This document shows positions 26,979 through 36,240 of a stretch of DNA of 64,000 nt, piece by piece. Position numbers and translations under genes: made by a program. This DNA comes from a virus. Taxonomy: Duplodnaviria; Heunggongvirae; Uroviricota; Caudoviricetes. Location: the IMG/VR virus record IMGVR_UViG_3300032103_000073; one strand, given 5' to 3'. Numbering within the stretch: the stretch's first letter is position 1; every line of letters starts with the position of its first letter. The notes beneath the pieces were generated by a model that saw only the letters and a program-made list of their open reading frames with translations, was not told the origin of the DNA and made no database searches.

Positions 26979-27483
26979 TCAAAAACTTGCAAGAAAAGTC
27001 GGCGATAGATTAGATCTTGGCGTTGTTTACCATATCGATCATACAGGCGAACACAACTTTAGCCCAATGCTCGACATTGTACAGGGTCGCAGGCTAGTTA
27101 TCTTTGGCGGCCCTGCACCGTTTAGTCGGTTAGATACACTACAAGCAACTCGTTATGCAGAACTTAGCCAAGCTATGATGAAGCATGTGGATCTTGTTTA
27201 TGGTATCTATGTACAAGATGCCTTTGTTTGCCGTGCATTTGAGGATAAGATTGATGCTGCCGTAGGTGAAAATCCTCTAGTTATTCTAGCAGATGGCGAC
27301 TCGTTTTTCCTTAAAAATTCACAGCTACAAGAAGACTTTACTAATCATGGATTGGGCATTCGTAGCTGTCGGTGGGCTTCTGTGGTCAACGATGGCGAGA
27401 TCGAATACATTGCAGGCGATCCTTATAGTATGGTAGACCAAACCAGCGCAGATAGTCTGCTCAAATATCTAGAATCAAAATGA
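26959..27483 (+). CDS. Peroxiredoxin (Prx5/AhpE-like) homolog lacking the peroxidatic Cys
   Basis: LVIFGGPAPFSRLD aligns to VIFGLPGAFTPTC; ADGD, GLGIRSCRW. Confidence 0.7.
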   Translation: MDLKMIDQKLARKVGDRLDLGVVYHIDHTGEHNFSPMLDIVQGRRLVIFGGPAPFSRLDTLQATRYAELSQAMMKHVDLVYGIYVQDAFVCRAFEDKIDAAVGENPLVILADGDSFFLKNSQLQEDFTNHGLGIRSCRWASVVNDGEIEYIAGDPYSMVDQTSADSLLKYLESK

Positions 27484-28016
27484 AACCAAAATTCCAAGAG
27501 CTTTATCGAAATATTGCTCGCGAAGTAGCCAAAATGAGTCATGCTCGTCGCAGACAAGTCGGCGCAGTTATTGTTAAAGATGACCGTGTTATCAGCATGG
27601 GTTATAACGGCATGCCAGCTGGCTGGGAAAACAACTGCGAAGATCGAATTTATAACACTCGATTCGAACAACAAGCAGACTTTAGTTGGATGTGCCCTGT
27701 ATCTTACAAAGTTGTCGATATCGAAGACTATTATCCTCTTGTCGATGACGAAGGTAAGAGGTATTATCTAAAAACCAAACCAGAGGTATTGCATGCAGAA
27801 CGAAATGCGTTGGACAAATTAGCAAAAGGAAACGAATCCGGACTCGGCTCAGTTATGTTTATCACATGCGCTCCATGTTTAGAGTGTGCAAAAAGCATAT
27901 TCGGAGCAGGAATATCTCGAGTATTCTACAGCGATGATTATAATTCAGAAGACGGCATATATTTCCTAAAAAAATGCGGCGTTGTAGTGGAAAAATTAGT
28001 GTTTAGTGATAAATAA
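27480..28016 (+). CDS. dCMP deaminase
   Basis: RRQVGAVIV, GYNG, LHAERNA, PCLECAK. Confidence 0.93.
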   Translation: MKPKFQELYRNIAREVAKMSHARRRQVGAVIVKDDRVISMGYNGMPAGWENNCEDRIYNTRFEQQADFSWMCPVSYKVVDIEDYYPLVDDEGKRYYLKTKPEVLHAERNALDKLAKGNESGLGSVMFITCAPCLECAKSIFGAGISRVFYSDDYNSEDGIYFLKKCGVVVEKLVFSDK

Positions 28017-28040
28017 AGTTTTACATGCCGAGGCACTTTC

Positions 28041-28682
28041 ATGAAACATAAACACCACATCATTCCTAAACATATGGGCGGAACAGACGATCCTTCTAAT
28101 TTGATAGAACTTTCTGTAGAAGAACATTCCCAGGCACATCTTAAACTATATGAACAGTACGGAAAGAAAGAGGATCTGTGTGCATACTATATGCTATCCG
28201 GCAAATCTCAAGATCCCGAGTTTAAAAAACTAGTATGTTCATTAGGAGGCACTGCTCTTGCTAAAAAGAGAAAAGAATCTGGAGAAAAGTGGGGTTTCGG
28301 ATTAATGAATCCAGACGAATTATTTGAAATGCAATCTGCAAATGGAAAGTTACAGGGGAAAAGAAATGCAGAATCCGGGCACATGCAAAGAATACAGAAA
28401 TTATCAGATCCCGTCGCAGCTGGCAAAAAAGGCGGAGCAACTACGATAGCAAGAGGAAAAGGATCTTTCGGTGATCCAAAAGAAAGACTAAAGTCTGCAA
28501 GTAAAGGCGGAAAAACACAAGGGAAAAGAAATGCAGAATCCGGGCATTTACAGCGTATCGCACTGCTACCAAATAAACGAAGCAAAGGTAAAATGTGGAT
28601 CACTAATGGAGTAAAAAATAAGATGATATTACCCACTGATACTATTCCCGAAGGTTATAGAAAAGGAAAAATACAGAAATGA
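28041..28682 (+). mobile_element. HNH homing endonuclease
   Basis: HKHHIIPKHMGGTDDPSNLIELSVEEHSQAH; duplicated GKRNAESGH; ATAAATA at 28009. Confidence 0.88.
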
Positions 28683-28695
28683 ACAAATTAATTCC

Positions 28696-28893
28696 TTGGC
28701 AGAATTGGCTAGAAGCACTGAGTCAGGTCTCGGTGCTGATCTATTTATCACTACTGCTCCTTGCCTTGATTGTGCCAAACTTATCTTCCAATCAGGAATA
28801 TCGCGTGTTTGGTACAGTGACAGTTATCGCGATGATGCTGGGGTTCGTTTCCTTAAGGCTTCGGGAGTCGAGGTTATCAAACATGAAGAATAA
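28696..28893 (+). pseudogene. Displaced 3' third of a dCMP deaminase gene
   Basis: LAELARSTESGLGADLFITTAPCLDCAKLIF aligns with the C-terminus of 27480-28016. Confidence 0.88.
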
Positions 28894-29113
28894 AACTTGG
28901 ACATTAGATGTAAAAGAAGATCCTACTACGGGAGATGCTATAATAGAGTTTCCCGAGGATTTTTTAGAAGAAACTAAATGGCGAGAAGGCGATAGACTAC
29001 GCTGGATTGACAACAAAGACGGGTCTTGGACTTTGAAAAAAGTAGAAGACGACGGAGTAACTGCCGAAGAGGAAGAAGCTTGGCAGGCACTTGAAAAACA
29101 ACAAAAGAAATAA
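28883..29113 (+). CDS. AbrB/MazE-like small protein (MKNKTWTLDVKED...)
   Basis: IEFPEDFL..WREGDRLRW; GAGG SD. Confidence 0.7.
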   Translation: MKNKTWTLDVKEDPTTGDAIIEFPEDFLEETKWREGDRLRWIDNKDGSWTLKKVEDDGVTAEEEEAWQALEKQQKK

Positions 29114-29114
29114 T

Positions 29115-29678
29115 ATGGATATAATGCTCGATTTGGAAACGTTTGCAACAACGCCAGATGCAGTAATCATTACACTAGGTGCTATTAGGTTTGACCCTTT
29201 TGCAGACGATAGGGAAAGTTTCGAAGGCGATAAAATCCTAATGGATACTTTTTATCGACGAATTGATCCAGCAAGCTTCGAAGGCATACAGCATAATATC
29301 GATGACAACACACTAGCATGGTGGTCAAAACAAGCGCCCGAAGTACAGCACGAAGCCTTTACAGATGATGATCGACATCCTATACAAGACGTTTTAAAAG
29401 ACTTTCATGTATGGTGTAAAAGTTTTGATAACGTATGGGCTAACGGTCCTGCGTTTGACATTGTAATACTAGAACACTGTAATAGAGAACTTAAACGAGG
29501 TTATCCTTGGAAATATTGGCAAGTTAAAGATGCTAGAACTGTTTATGGACTAGTCGAGCACGAACGTCCAAATCCCAGGCTACATCATGCTGCTTGGGAC
29601 TGTTGGAGTCAGATCGTTGCCTTACAAAGTTGTTTTAGAAATCTAGGACTTACAAAGTATCCGGAGCGTAAGCGATGA
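29115..29678 (+). CDS. DEDD 3'-5' exonuclease (DUF5051/DexA-like)
   Basis: IMLDLET, WANGPAFD, HHAAWDC. Confidence 0.85.
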   Translation: MDIMLDLETFATTPDAVIITLGAIRFDPFADDRESFEGDKILMDTFYRRIDPASFEGIQHNIDDNTLAWWSKQAPEVQHEAFTDDDRHPIQDVLKDFHVWCKSFDNVWANGPAFDIVILEHCNRELKRGYPWKYWQVKDARTVYGLVEHERPNPRLHHAAWDCWSQIVALQSCFRNLGLTKYPERKR

Positions 29679-30526
29679 GTGAAAGCAGTTTAGGTCCGGT
29701 AGCATGGTTACATGGTTTAGAGGATTATTTCGAATTCACAAAAGACGAGCAGTCTAGACAATATGTACGATTTATTTTAAAACTCGTATACGCAGATAAC
29801 ACAGTTATCGAGATTAAAGAAAACGGGTGTATGCAAGAATTTGTATACACCCTTAGAAAATTTGCTACTTCTCCTATATTAGATATACTATACAAATACT
29901 ATAGAAAAGAATACGATCCTGTAGCAGTGCAAGATGCCTTTAGCCGCGGGCAAGTTAAAAGTAAAATTTGGTTAGCAACTGAATTAGAAAAGATAAAAAC
30001 AAATTTTAATGCGGTATTTTTACTAGGCGGATGGTACGGCCAGTTATTAAAATACTTCGATGCTGTTGATATAGAATATAAAAAAGCCAGGATTATTGAT
30101 ATAGATAAAACAGCATGCCAAATTAGCGACACTGTATTTAATTTAAATCGACTTACTAATTTTGACGTTAAATCTGCAGAAACAAACATAAACGACATCG
30201 AATGGACTAAAACTGGTGCACTGTACAAAGTTACCGACTATAATAAAGAGAAGCAATACAACGAATCTCTTATGCCAGATCTAATTATTAATTCGAGTGC
30301 AGAGCACATGTCGGATGATTGGTTCTTTAATATCAAGTTTAAAAATTATACATCCGATCCAATCATAGTGATACAAACTAATAATTTATTTGATATCCCC
30401 GAACATATTAATTGCGTCCATAGTGTAGACCATATGAAGAAAAAGTTTCCGATGAGGGACATTTTATATCAAGGCGAACTACAGCTATCGGGCTACAAGC
30501 GATTTATGTTGATCGGCAGGCCTTGA
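29675..30526 (+). CDS. Class I SAM methyltransferase-fold protein
   Basis: FLLGGWYG, IIDID, IINSSAEHM. Confidence 0.55.
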   Translation: MSESSLGPVAWLHGLEDYFEFTKDEQSRQYVRFILKLVYADNTVIEIKENGCMQEFVYTLRKFATSPILDILYKYYRKEYDPVAVQDAFSRGQVKSKIWLATELEKIKTNFNAVFLLGGWYGQLLKYFDAVDIEYKKARIIDIDKTACQISDTVFNLNRLTNFDVKSAETNINDIEWTKTGALYKVTDYNKEKQYNESLMPDLIINSSAEHMSDDWFFNIKFKNYTSDPIIVIQTNNLFDIPEHINCVHSVDHMKKKFPMRDILYQGELQLSGYKRFMLIGRP

Positions 30527-30551
30527 CAAAATACTGAATACCGAGTATAAT
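30523..30551 (+). promoter_or_regulatory. sigma70-type promoter of queD
   Basis: TTGACA-17nt-TATAAT. Confidence 0.8.
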
Positions 30552-30557
30552 TACTCA

Positions 30558-30596
30558 AGCGGCGCTAGGACATTCATCCCGCTATATAAATTCTGC
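30558..30596 (+). promoter_or_regulatory. preQ1-I-like leader RNA (candidate riboswitch variant)
   Basis: AGCGG/CCGCT stem, loop CGCTAG..ATC, A-rich tail, then CTG; begins at the predicted TSS. Confidence 0.4.
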
Positions 30597-30632
30597 ATGT
30601 CATCAAACTTGCTACTATAAAGGAGACTAGAG

Positions 30633-31136
30633 ATGGCAAATCAACCACGTACATACAAGTACACCAGCACTAAAGAATACATTGATGCGTTCCCTTGTGC
30701 TTATCGCCAATGGCGCGCCGACAGCCACTGCAATTTAAATCACGGCTATTCATTTAGCATGAAGTTCTATTTTGGAACAGATGATTTAGATGTTCGCAAT
30801 TGGGCTGCTGACTACGGCGGACTTAAAGAACTAAAGAAAATACTAGAAGATCAATTTGACCATACTACATTGTGTAGTTCCGATGACCCAGAACTTGATT
30901 GGTATAAAGAAGCAGAAAAGCGTGGTCTTATGAAGTTGACTATACTACCAAAGTTAGGCTGCGAAGCACTAAGTGATATGCTTTACAAATACGTCAATGG
31001 TGTTTATATTCCCGACATGTGGGGCGACGGTGAAGCTAAACGTCTTTGGTGCTATCGCGTAGAAGTACGTGAGACCCAGTCAAATATGGCTTTTAGAGAA
31101 GGTCACCGCGAATGGAACGAAAACTTATTTGAGTAA
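30633..31136 (+). CDS. queD: 6-pyruvoyl-tetrahydropterin synthase / QueD-like
   Basis: HCNLNHGYS, DYGGLKELK..QFDH. Confidence 0.85.
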   Translation: MANQPRTYKYTSTKEYIDAFPCAYRQWRADSHCNLNHGYSFSMKFYFGTDDLDVRNWAADYGGLKELKKILEDQFDHTTLCSSDDPELDWYKEAEKRGLMKLTILPKLGCEALSDMLYKYVNGVYIPDMWGDGEAKRLWCYRVEVRETQSNMAFREGHREWNENLFE

Positions 31137-31263
31137 ACAATGTATAATACCGAGCTAAGTAATCTAATAACCGAATACTTGAGTGCAGGTGGACTTTTCA
31201 ATCCAGAACTAATGGATCACGAGAAGGTCAGAGATTTACTCATCGACATAAAAAAGTACTTAG

Positions 31264-31422
31264 ATGAACAAACTTTGGCGACTATGGGCTAAAGCTCTTG
31301 GTGATAAGTCTGGTGCTACTGACAAAGAAGCGGACCAAATTGCTCTAGTCCGCTCTTGTATAGTTTTATGCTATATTATAACTAACTGTTTTATCGTAGC
31401 AGGAGTGATCCGTCATTGGTAG
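31264..31422 (+). CDS. Small membrane protein (MNKLWRLWAKALG...VIRHW)
   Basis: Read manually; 52 aa; motif typical of T4-like aquatic phages. Confidence 0.7.
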   Translation: MNKLWRLWAKALGDKSGATDKEADQIALVRSCIVLCYIITNCFIVAGVIRHW

Positions 31423-31579
31423 TGCAGTGTTTGCACGTACAGTCCGGACAAAAGTCGCATTCTGGACATCCTGTGTTGCAATGGTGCTCACATTTACAAG
31501 TGGTGCATTTACACACGCTTTTTAAACGTGTGTATGCATCATAGTCGTCCATGTAATCTTCGTATATGTCATTGCTCAT
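31391..31579 (-). CDS. Cys-rich, metallothionein-like peptide
   Basis: 10 Cys and 3 His in ~30 aa; overlaps the upstream gene. Confidence 0.55.
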   Translation of the reverse strand: MSNDIYEDYMDDYDAYTRLKSVCKCTTCKCEHHCNTGCPECDFCPDCTCKHCTTNDGSLLLR

Positions 31580-32195
31580 ATGCTACCTTAAAATCTCTAC
31601 TAGTTCTGTACATTTGAGGCACCAGGTTTCCTTCTTTAATTATTAACTGTTCTAAGTCTGCAAAATCATTAGCATAGTCAGCAGCTTTGAGTGCATTTAG
31701 TACTAGTTCAACACAACTAACTCTGCTAGAATCAGCCAAGTCAAACAAATCGTCATACTGTTTACCTTGTTGTTTAACCGCAGCGTCAATGATTACAGTC
31801 CATTCTTCGTTGCTTACTTGTGCAGGACTTAATAAACAAACATAATCGCAATTAAACACCTGATCAAATGTGCTAGGATGCACGCCTGCACTAGTTGCTT
31901 CTACAAACTTAAAACTGTTCCTATCATCTGGGTTAGTAATATTATCGCAATTTAACAGAACATGGCTATATTTTGCCCATGTTCCTGTTTTAATCCAGCT
32001 TAACAAACTAACAATCACACTGCTTAAATGACTAGTGCTGCCCGTTAAAATAATATAATATCCCTGTGCTAACTTTTCCGCTAGAATAAGTCGTTGCTGC
32101 TCTGTTAATTTTCCCTGGCGTCTCCAGGAAATTTTAGCAGGCAAGCTGGCCAGAGTATTGTATATTTTATACCATAGTGTTGTATACTTGTCCAT
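31569..32195 (-). CDS. Permuted papain-like amidase (YiiX/YaeF family)
   Basis: YSHV ... GKQYDDLF ... SCVELV. Confidence 0.75.
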   Translation of the reverse strand: MDKYTTLWYKIYNTLASLPAKISWRRQGKLTEQQRLILAEKLAQGYYIILTGSTSHLSSVIVSLLSWIKTGTWAKYSHVLLNCDNITNPDDRNSFKFVEATSAGVHPSTFDQVFNCDYVCLLSPAQVSNEEWTVIIDAAVKQQGKQYDDLFDLADSSRVSCVELVLNALKAADYANDFADLEQLIIKEGNLVPQMYRTSRDFKVAYEQ

Positions 32196-32833
32196 TAGTG
32201 TTGCTCAAATAAACTAATAGCATCATTCCAATGATGAATACGATCAGCTAGGCCAATTGTGCCGCCGTTGATTCGTTTGCTGAGTAGAACAACATCGCCT
32301 TTGTCGCAAATATCGTTTAGTCTATTCTTGTGCCAAAACCAGCAGGCAGTTAAGATAGCATAAGCAGGAGTAGTCGAAACGACATCCGGATCTTCTACTA
32401 GCGTGTCGTCCCCAAATAAATCTCTGCTGCATTGAGTATAGTTAGCACGACCTGTAAGTTGTACAATACCGCGACCTCTAAAAGTCCAGCCGTCTCCGCT
32501 GGCTTCGTCACCGTTGCCCATACGGTTAGCATAAACACGGTTGGCAATCATTTCCGGCTTACGCTCGTATTGTTTTGCAACTGCATCGTTGGTAAAATAC
32601 TTGCCAAATATTCCCCTGAGTCCTTTGGCGCTGTAGTTTAAGTTTTCTGTTAAAACAGTAAAGTCAGCACTTTCGTGTTGGCACTGACTGATAAACCCTG
32701 CAACTCTAGCCGGGGTAACGATTGCAAACTTTGGCAATTCTTCGTATAATCCCTCAAACCATTCTTGAGAGTTTTTATTCTTTTTAATAAGTTTTGCTAG
32801 CTTGTCTGCGGTGAAATCAAATGTAAATTCCAT
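32195..32833 (-). CDS. Glycoside hydrolase family 19 endolysin
   Basis: QCQHES, ENLNYS, FRGRGIVQLTGRANY, INGG. Confidence 0.92.
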   Translation of the reverse strand: MEFTFDFTADKLAKLIKKNKNSQEWFEGLYEELPKFAIVTPARVAGFISQCQHESADFTVLTENLNYSAKGLRGIFGKYFTNDAVAKQYERKPEMIANRVYANRMGNGDEASGDGWTFRGRGIVQLTGRANYTQCSRDLFGDDTLVEDPDVVSTTPAYAILTACWFWHKNRLNDICDKGDVVLLSKRINGGTIGLADRIHHWNDAISLFEQH

Positions 32834-32903
32834 GACTTACTCCTTTTGAGTATTTATCTACCAAAATTTGATAAATACTAGTATAATTACGCAAGGATCT
32901 AAC

Positions 32904-33179
32904 ATGGACTTTTTAAAACTAGTAGCCGAAGTAGGCTTTCCTATCGCAGCAGCCTGCGGTGCAGGGTATTTTGTGTTTTTAACACTAAAATTTATTCTTG
33001 CTGGCGTAACTAGCAGTGTAAATGGCATGGGCGGTATTATTAAAGGCCTAGACGGTCGCGTTGATACTATGACTAACCAGCTACAGCGCATCGATGTTAA
33101 AGTTAGTCATGCACTAGGATTGCAACCAGACTATGATAGAATTAGCCGTGCTGAACAATCAGATCAAAGGAAAGACTGA
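32904..33179 (+). CDS. Small membrane/coiled-coil protein (GFPI family)
   Basis: EVGFPIAAA TM segment; AAGGA SD; ATAAATA upstream. Confidence 0.7.
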   Translation: MDFLKLVAEVGFPIAAACGAGYFVFLTLKFILAGVTSSVNGMGGIIKGLDGRVDTMTNQLQRIDVKVSHALGLQPDYDRISRAEQSDQRKD

Positions 33180-33361
33180 TGACAAAATATATAGACTTTG
33201 ACTGGGAAATGGATGCTATGGGAATTCGTTTAGACACCGATCTAGATGTACAAAAATTAGGCTGGCAAGAAGGCGATTACTTTAAACTAATAAAAGTTGA
33301 TGATAAGCTACAATTAGTTAAGGTAGAAGAAGTAGAAAAATTTTTAAGAAAGTGGGATTGA
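33179..33361 (+). CDS. AbrB-like small protein
   Basis: LGWQEGDYFKL. Confidence 0.55.
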   Translation: MTKYIDFDWEMDAMGIRLDTDLDVQKLGWQEGDYFKLIKVDDKLQLVKVEEVEKFLRKWD

Positions 33362-33362
33362 T

Positions 33363-33710
33363 ATGGATTTAGCAGGAATGATTAACAAATACGGCTTTCC
33401 GATTATAGCTGCATTTGGACTAGGTTATTTTGTTTATTACGTATGGACTTGGGTAACAACCGAAATTAAACCAGTTATTAGCAGTGCCAACTCAACGCTA
33501 ATTGCCCTAATAGATCGTATTCGTATGCTAGACAATGACTTGATTAGACTAAACCAAAAAGTAGAAACAGTCATGGAGCTCAGGGGTAAGACTATTGAGC
33601 AGGAAAGAATACAAGCTGAATTAGAAATCAATAAAGCATCCGAAGAAGTACCAATCGGGAAACGTCGAGCAACTAGAAAAGAAATACAAGAAGCTGCTGG
33701 AGATGATTAA
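33363..33710 (+). CDS. Small membrane/coiled-coil protein (GFPI family paralog)
   Basis: KYGFPIIAA TM segment; RIRMLDNDLIRL. Confidence 0.7.
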   Translation: MDLAGMINKYGFPIIAAFGLGYFVYYVWTWVTTEIKPVISSANSTLIALIDRIRMLDNDLIRLNQKVETVMELRGKTIEQERIQAELEINKASEEVPIGKRRATRKEIQEAAGDD

Positions 33711-33713
33711 TTA

Positions 33714-33737
33714 AAAAGGGACTTTAAAGTCCCTTTT
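33714..33737. terminator. Bidirectional terminator
   Basis: Perfect palindrome AAAAGGGACTTTAAAGTCCCTTTT between convergent genes. Confidence 0.85.
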
Positions 33738-33740
33738 ATT

Positions 33741-35804
33741 TCACTTCGAAGTGGCTTTATATGTACCGTCCCAATCTTCAGGGAGATCTCTTGTACGCAT
33801 ATCTGCAATACGTTCTATCCAGATGTCATAATAGTCATCCATCTTACCATCAAATTCGCCTTTTAGTGCATGACAGTGATCGACAGCACGATCCCATTGT
33901 TGAGACCTATATAGAGACAGCATAAAGTTATGATCTTCCCTGGCCATGATCCAGTCAGCCGCTACAGTTGCATCTGGATTATAAAATACTGTATAGATGT
34001 TAACGCCTATACTTTTACCTTTAACTGCAATACAATCTAACGGAATAGTAAAGAATGATTCATTGACACGTTTCTCAGTGAATTCGCTGATAATAATCAA
34101 CTGTCCATAATTCTTAGTCTGACCTTCTAAACGAGCCGTCAAGCTAACGCTGTCACCCAATACATCATAACCAAAGCGGTCCTTACTACCAATATTACCA
34201 ATTAGCGTAGGTCCAGTGTTTATACCAAGCCCCATACCTACACGCGGTTTGCCTTCTTTTTCTAGTTCTATGTTAAACAACTCAACAGCATGAATCATTT
34301 CTAAACCTGTGCGGACAGCGGCATGTGCATGATCAGGATCTTGAGCTTCTTGAATAGGGGCACCGTGTACGTGCAAACTTGCATCGCCGATAAACTTAAT
34401 TAAACATCCATTGTTGCGTAGGATAGGTTCGGCGATAGCAGTCATATAACGGTTCATAGTATCTGTAAATGCAACAACGTCATCACCATAAGTCTCGCCA
34501 AGGCCTGTAAAGTTTCGCATGTCGCTCATGATGATTGTTAGGTCTTTCTTTTCGCCGCCTAGTTTGATAAAGCTAGGGTCTTTCTGTAAACGTTCTACAA
34601 TAACAGGATTGACATATCCGCCAAACTGTTTCTTTATCTGTTGCTTTTGTAAGAACTCGCCGACAAACTTAACCATGTAGGCATGTGTAGCAACTAATAA
34701 CAAACCAACTGCGGGCAATGTTGCATCGAACAAGAACAAGAGTTCGCTGTAGGCCAACATGCTGCCTGCAATAGTGCCTAGAATAATAACCGCAGTAGCA
34801 GCTAGTCCTATATAGGTCCACTGCATTAGGAAAATCAATACAATGCCTGCTAGGGCAATAACGCCCAGCTCTAAATCATCAGCATAACCAGGACGTTGAA
34901 TATTTGTACCTGTTAGCAATGTCCCTAGTACACTAGCCTGCATGTCTTGTGGCCATACTTCACCGCGACTTGTTGCTACAGGGTTAGCTAAACCTGCTGC
35001 ACTAATACCAACAATGACAATTTCTTTATTAAAGTCTTCAGGTAGTTTAGCTAGGCTGTGCTCTGTTGGCTTCTTACTCCAGTCAACCCAAATACGACCT
35101 ATATCGTCTGTAGCAATTTTACCAAACTGCGGTACACGCACAGCTTCTACACCCATGTCGCCAATCTTAATTTGGAAGCTGGGGTCGCCGGCTGCTACAC
35201 GCAATACTTCTAGTGCCAGTGCAGGATGCAATTGTTCCTTACTGTAGATTACAAGAGGCATACGTCGAACGACACCGTCTACTTCCGGGAATGTGTTAGC
35301 AACACCAACGCCTGCTGCATTATTTGTTAGTAAAGGAATATTAGAGACTAGACCCGGGTATTCTACTACTAATCCTGCGGGATCTCCGCCTACGATACTA
35401 ACGCCTTGTTTACGTGGTATGTTCTTTTCCGTTGTGCTGCCTACACTAGGCAATACAACAGGCAATTGTTTCATTATAGCTGCTAGCTGGCCGTCTTCTT
35501 TAAAGCGGTCAAACTCCGGCATCATCACGTTACACACAACCAAGCCTGCATTTCTATCATATAAGTCTTTAATGATTTCAGCGTAGGTGCCGCGGGGAAA
35601 TGGGAATTGTCCGTATTTGTCTAATGCTGCTTCGTCAATATTCACAGTGTGTACTGGAATATCCACAGCAGGTTGGCTTGTGATTAGTTGGTCAAAGTAG
35701 CGAAGCCTAACGGACTCTACAAAACTTGGGTCCCATAGTCTGACCAACAGAACTAGGGCAAGTGTGACCAGGGCGGTCCATGGATTAAGTAGTAGCTTTT
35801 TCAT
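33741..35804 (-). CDS. CHASE2-domain class III adenylate/guanylate cyclase
   Basis: CHASE2 (NIDE..GQFPFPR, DGVVRR), 3 TM, SDMRNFT, KFIGDA, GINTG..GNIGS..YDVLGD. Confidence 0.93.
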   Translation of the reverse strand: MKKLLLNPWTALVTLALVLLVRLWDPSFVESVRLRYFDQLITSQPAVDIPVHTVNIDEAALDKYGQFPFPRGTYAEIIKDLYDRNAGLVVCNVMMPEFDRFKEDGQLAAIMKQLPVVLPSVGSTTEKNIPRKQGVSIVGGDPAGLVVEYPGLVSNIPLLTNNAAGVGVANTFPEVDGVVRRMPLVIYSKEQLHPALALEVLRVAAGDPSFQIKIGDMGVEAVRVPQFGKIATDDIGRIWVDWSKKPTEHSLAKLPEDFNKEIVIVGISAAGLANPVATSRGEVWPQDMQASVLGTLLTGTNIQRPGYADDLELGVIALAGIVLIFLMQWTYIGLAATAVIILGTIAGSMLAYSELLFLFDATLPAVGLLLVATHAYMVKFVGEFLQKQQIKKQFGGYVNPVIVERLQKDPSFIKLGGEKKDLTIIMSDMRNFTGLGETYGDDVVAFTDTMNRYMTAIAEPILRNNGCLIKFIGDASLHVHGAPIQEAQDPDHAHAAVRTGLEMIHAVELFNIELEKEGKPRVGMGLGINTGPTLIGNIGSKDRFGYDVLGDSVSLTARLEGQTKNYGQLIIISEFTEKRVNESFFTIPLDCIAVKGKSIGVNIYTVFYNPDATVAADWIMAREDHNFMLSLYRSQQWDRAVDHCHALKGEFDGKMDDYYDIWIERIADMRTRDLPEDWDGTYKATSK

Positions 35805-35819
35805 GCTACTATTTATAGA

Positions 35820-36239
35820 TCAGGATTCAGGCGAAGCTAGGACAAAGTCTCTTCCGTCTTGGTGTAAGGTCCAATTTGGTAGTAGCTTTTTTGCCATTCT
35901 AGCATACAGGGACTGTCTTGAGTCTTCTTTAGCCGAGAAGGTTAGTGTCTCGATCTTATCTTTATACTGGTCCAAAAATGCTCGCATAATGTCAACTACT
36001 GTACTCATCACTTCAGTACTGTTGCCTGTACCAGATAGTCCAAACTTCTGTGATCTATCTAACTTGCTTCCGTGACGCTTGAACTCAACTTCCCAAGTGC
36101 CATCTGTGCCATATGCATGAAACACATAACGCTCTTCGCCGACTTGGAAAACTGCTACTGCTTCTTCGCTGCCTCGAAAGCTCCACTCCCACTTTTTACC
36201 AGGCTGGAATAATTCGTTAATAATTTCTTGTAATCTCAT
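35820..36239 (-). CDS. Hypothetical virion-type protein (MRLQEI N-terminus)
   Basis: 139-aa ORF. Confidence 0.65.
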   Translation of the reverse strand: MRLQEIINELFQPGKKWEWSFRGSEEAVAVFQVGEERYVFHAYGTDGTWEVEFKRHGSKLDRSQKFGLSGTGNSTEVMSTVVDIMRAFLDQYKDKIETLTFSAKEDSRQSLYARMAKKLLPNWTLHQDGRDFVLASPES

Positions 36240-36240
36240 A

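Noticed and set aside
28679-28882. 144-aa ORF with a hydrophobic N-terminus
   Set aside because: The N-terminal part is an alternate-frame shadow of the dCMP deaminase remnant; the real gene probably starts at 28883.
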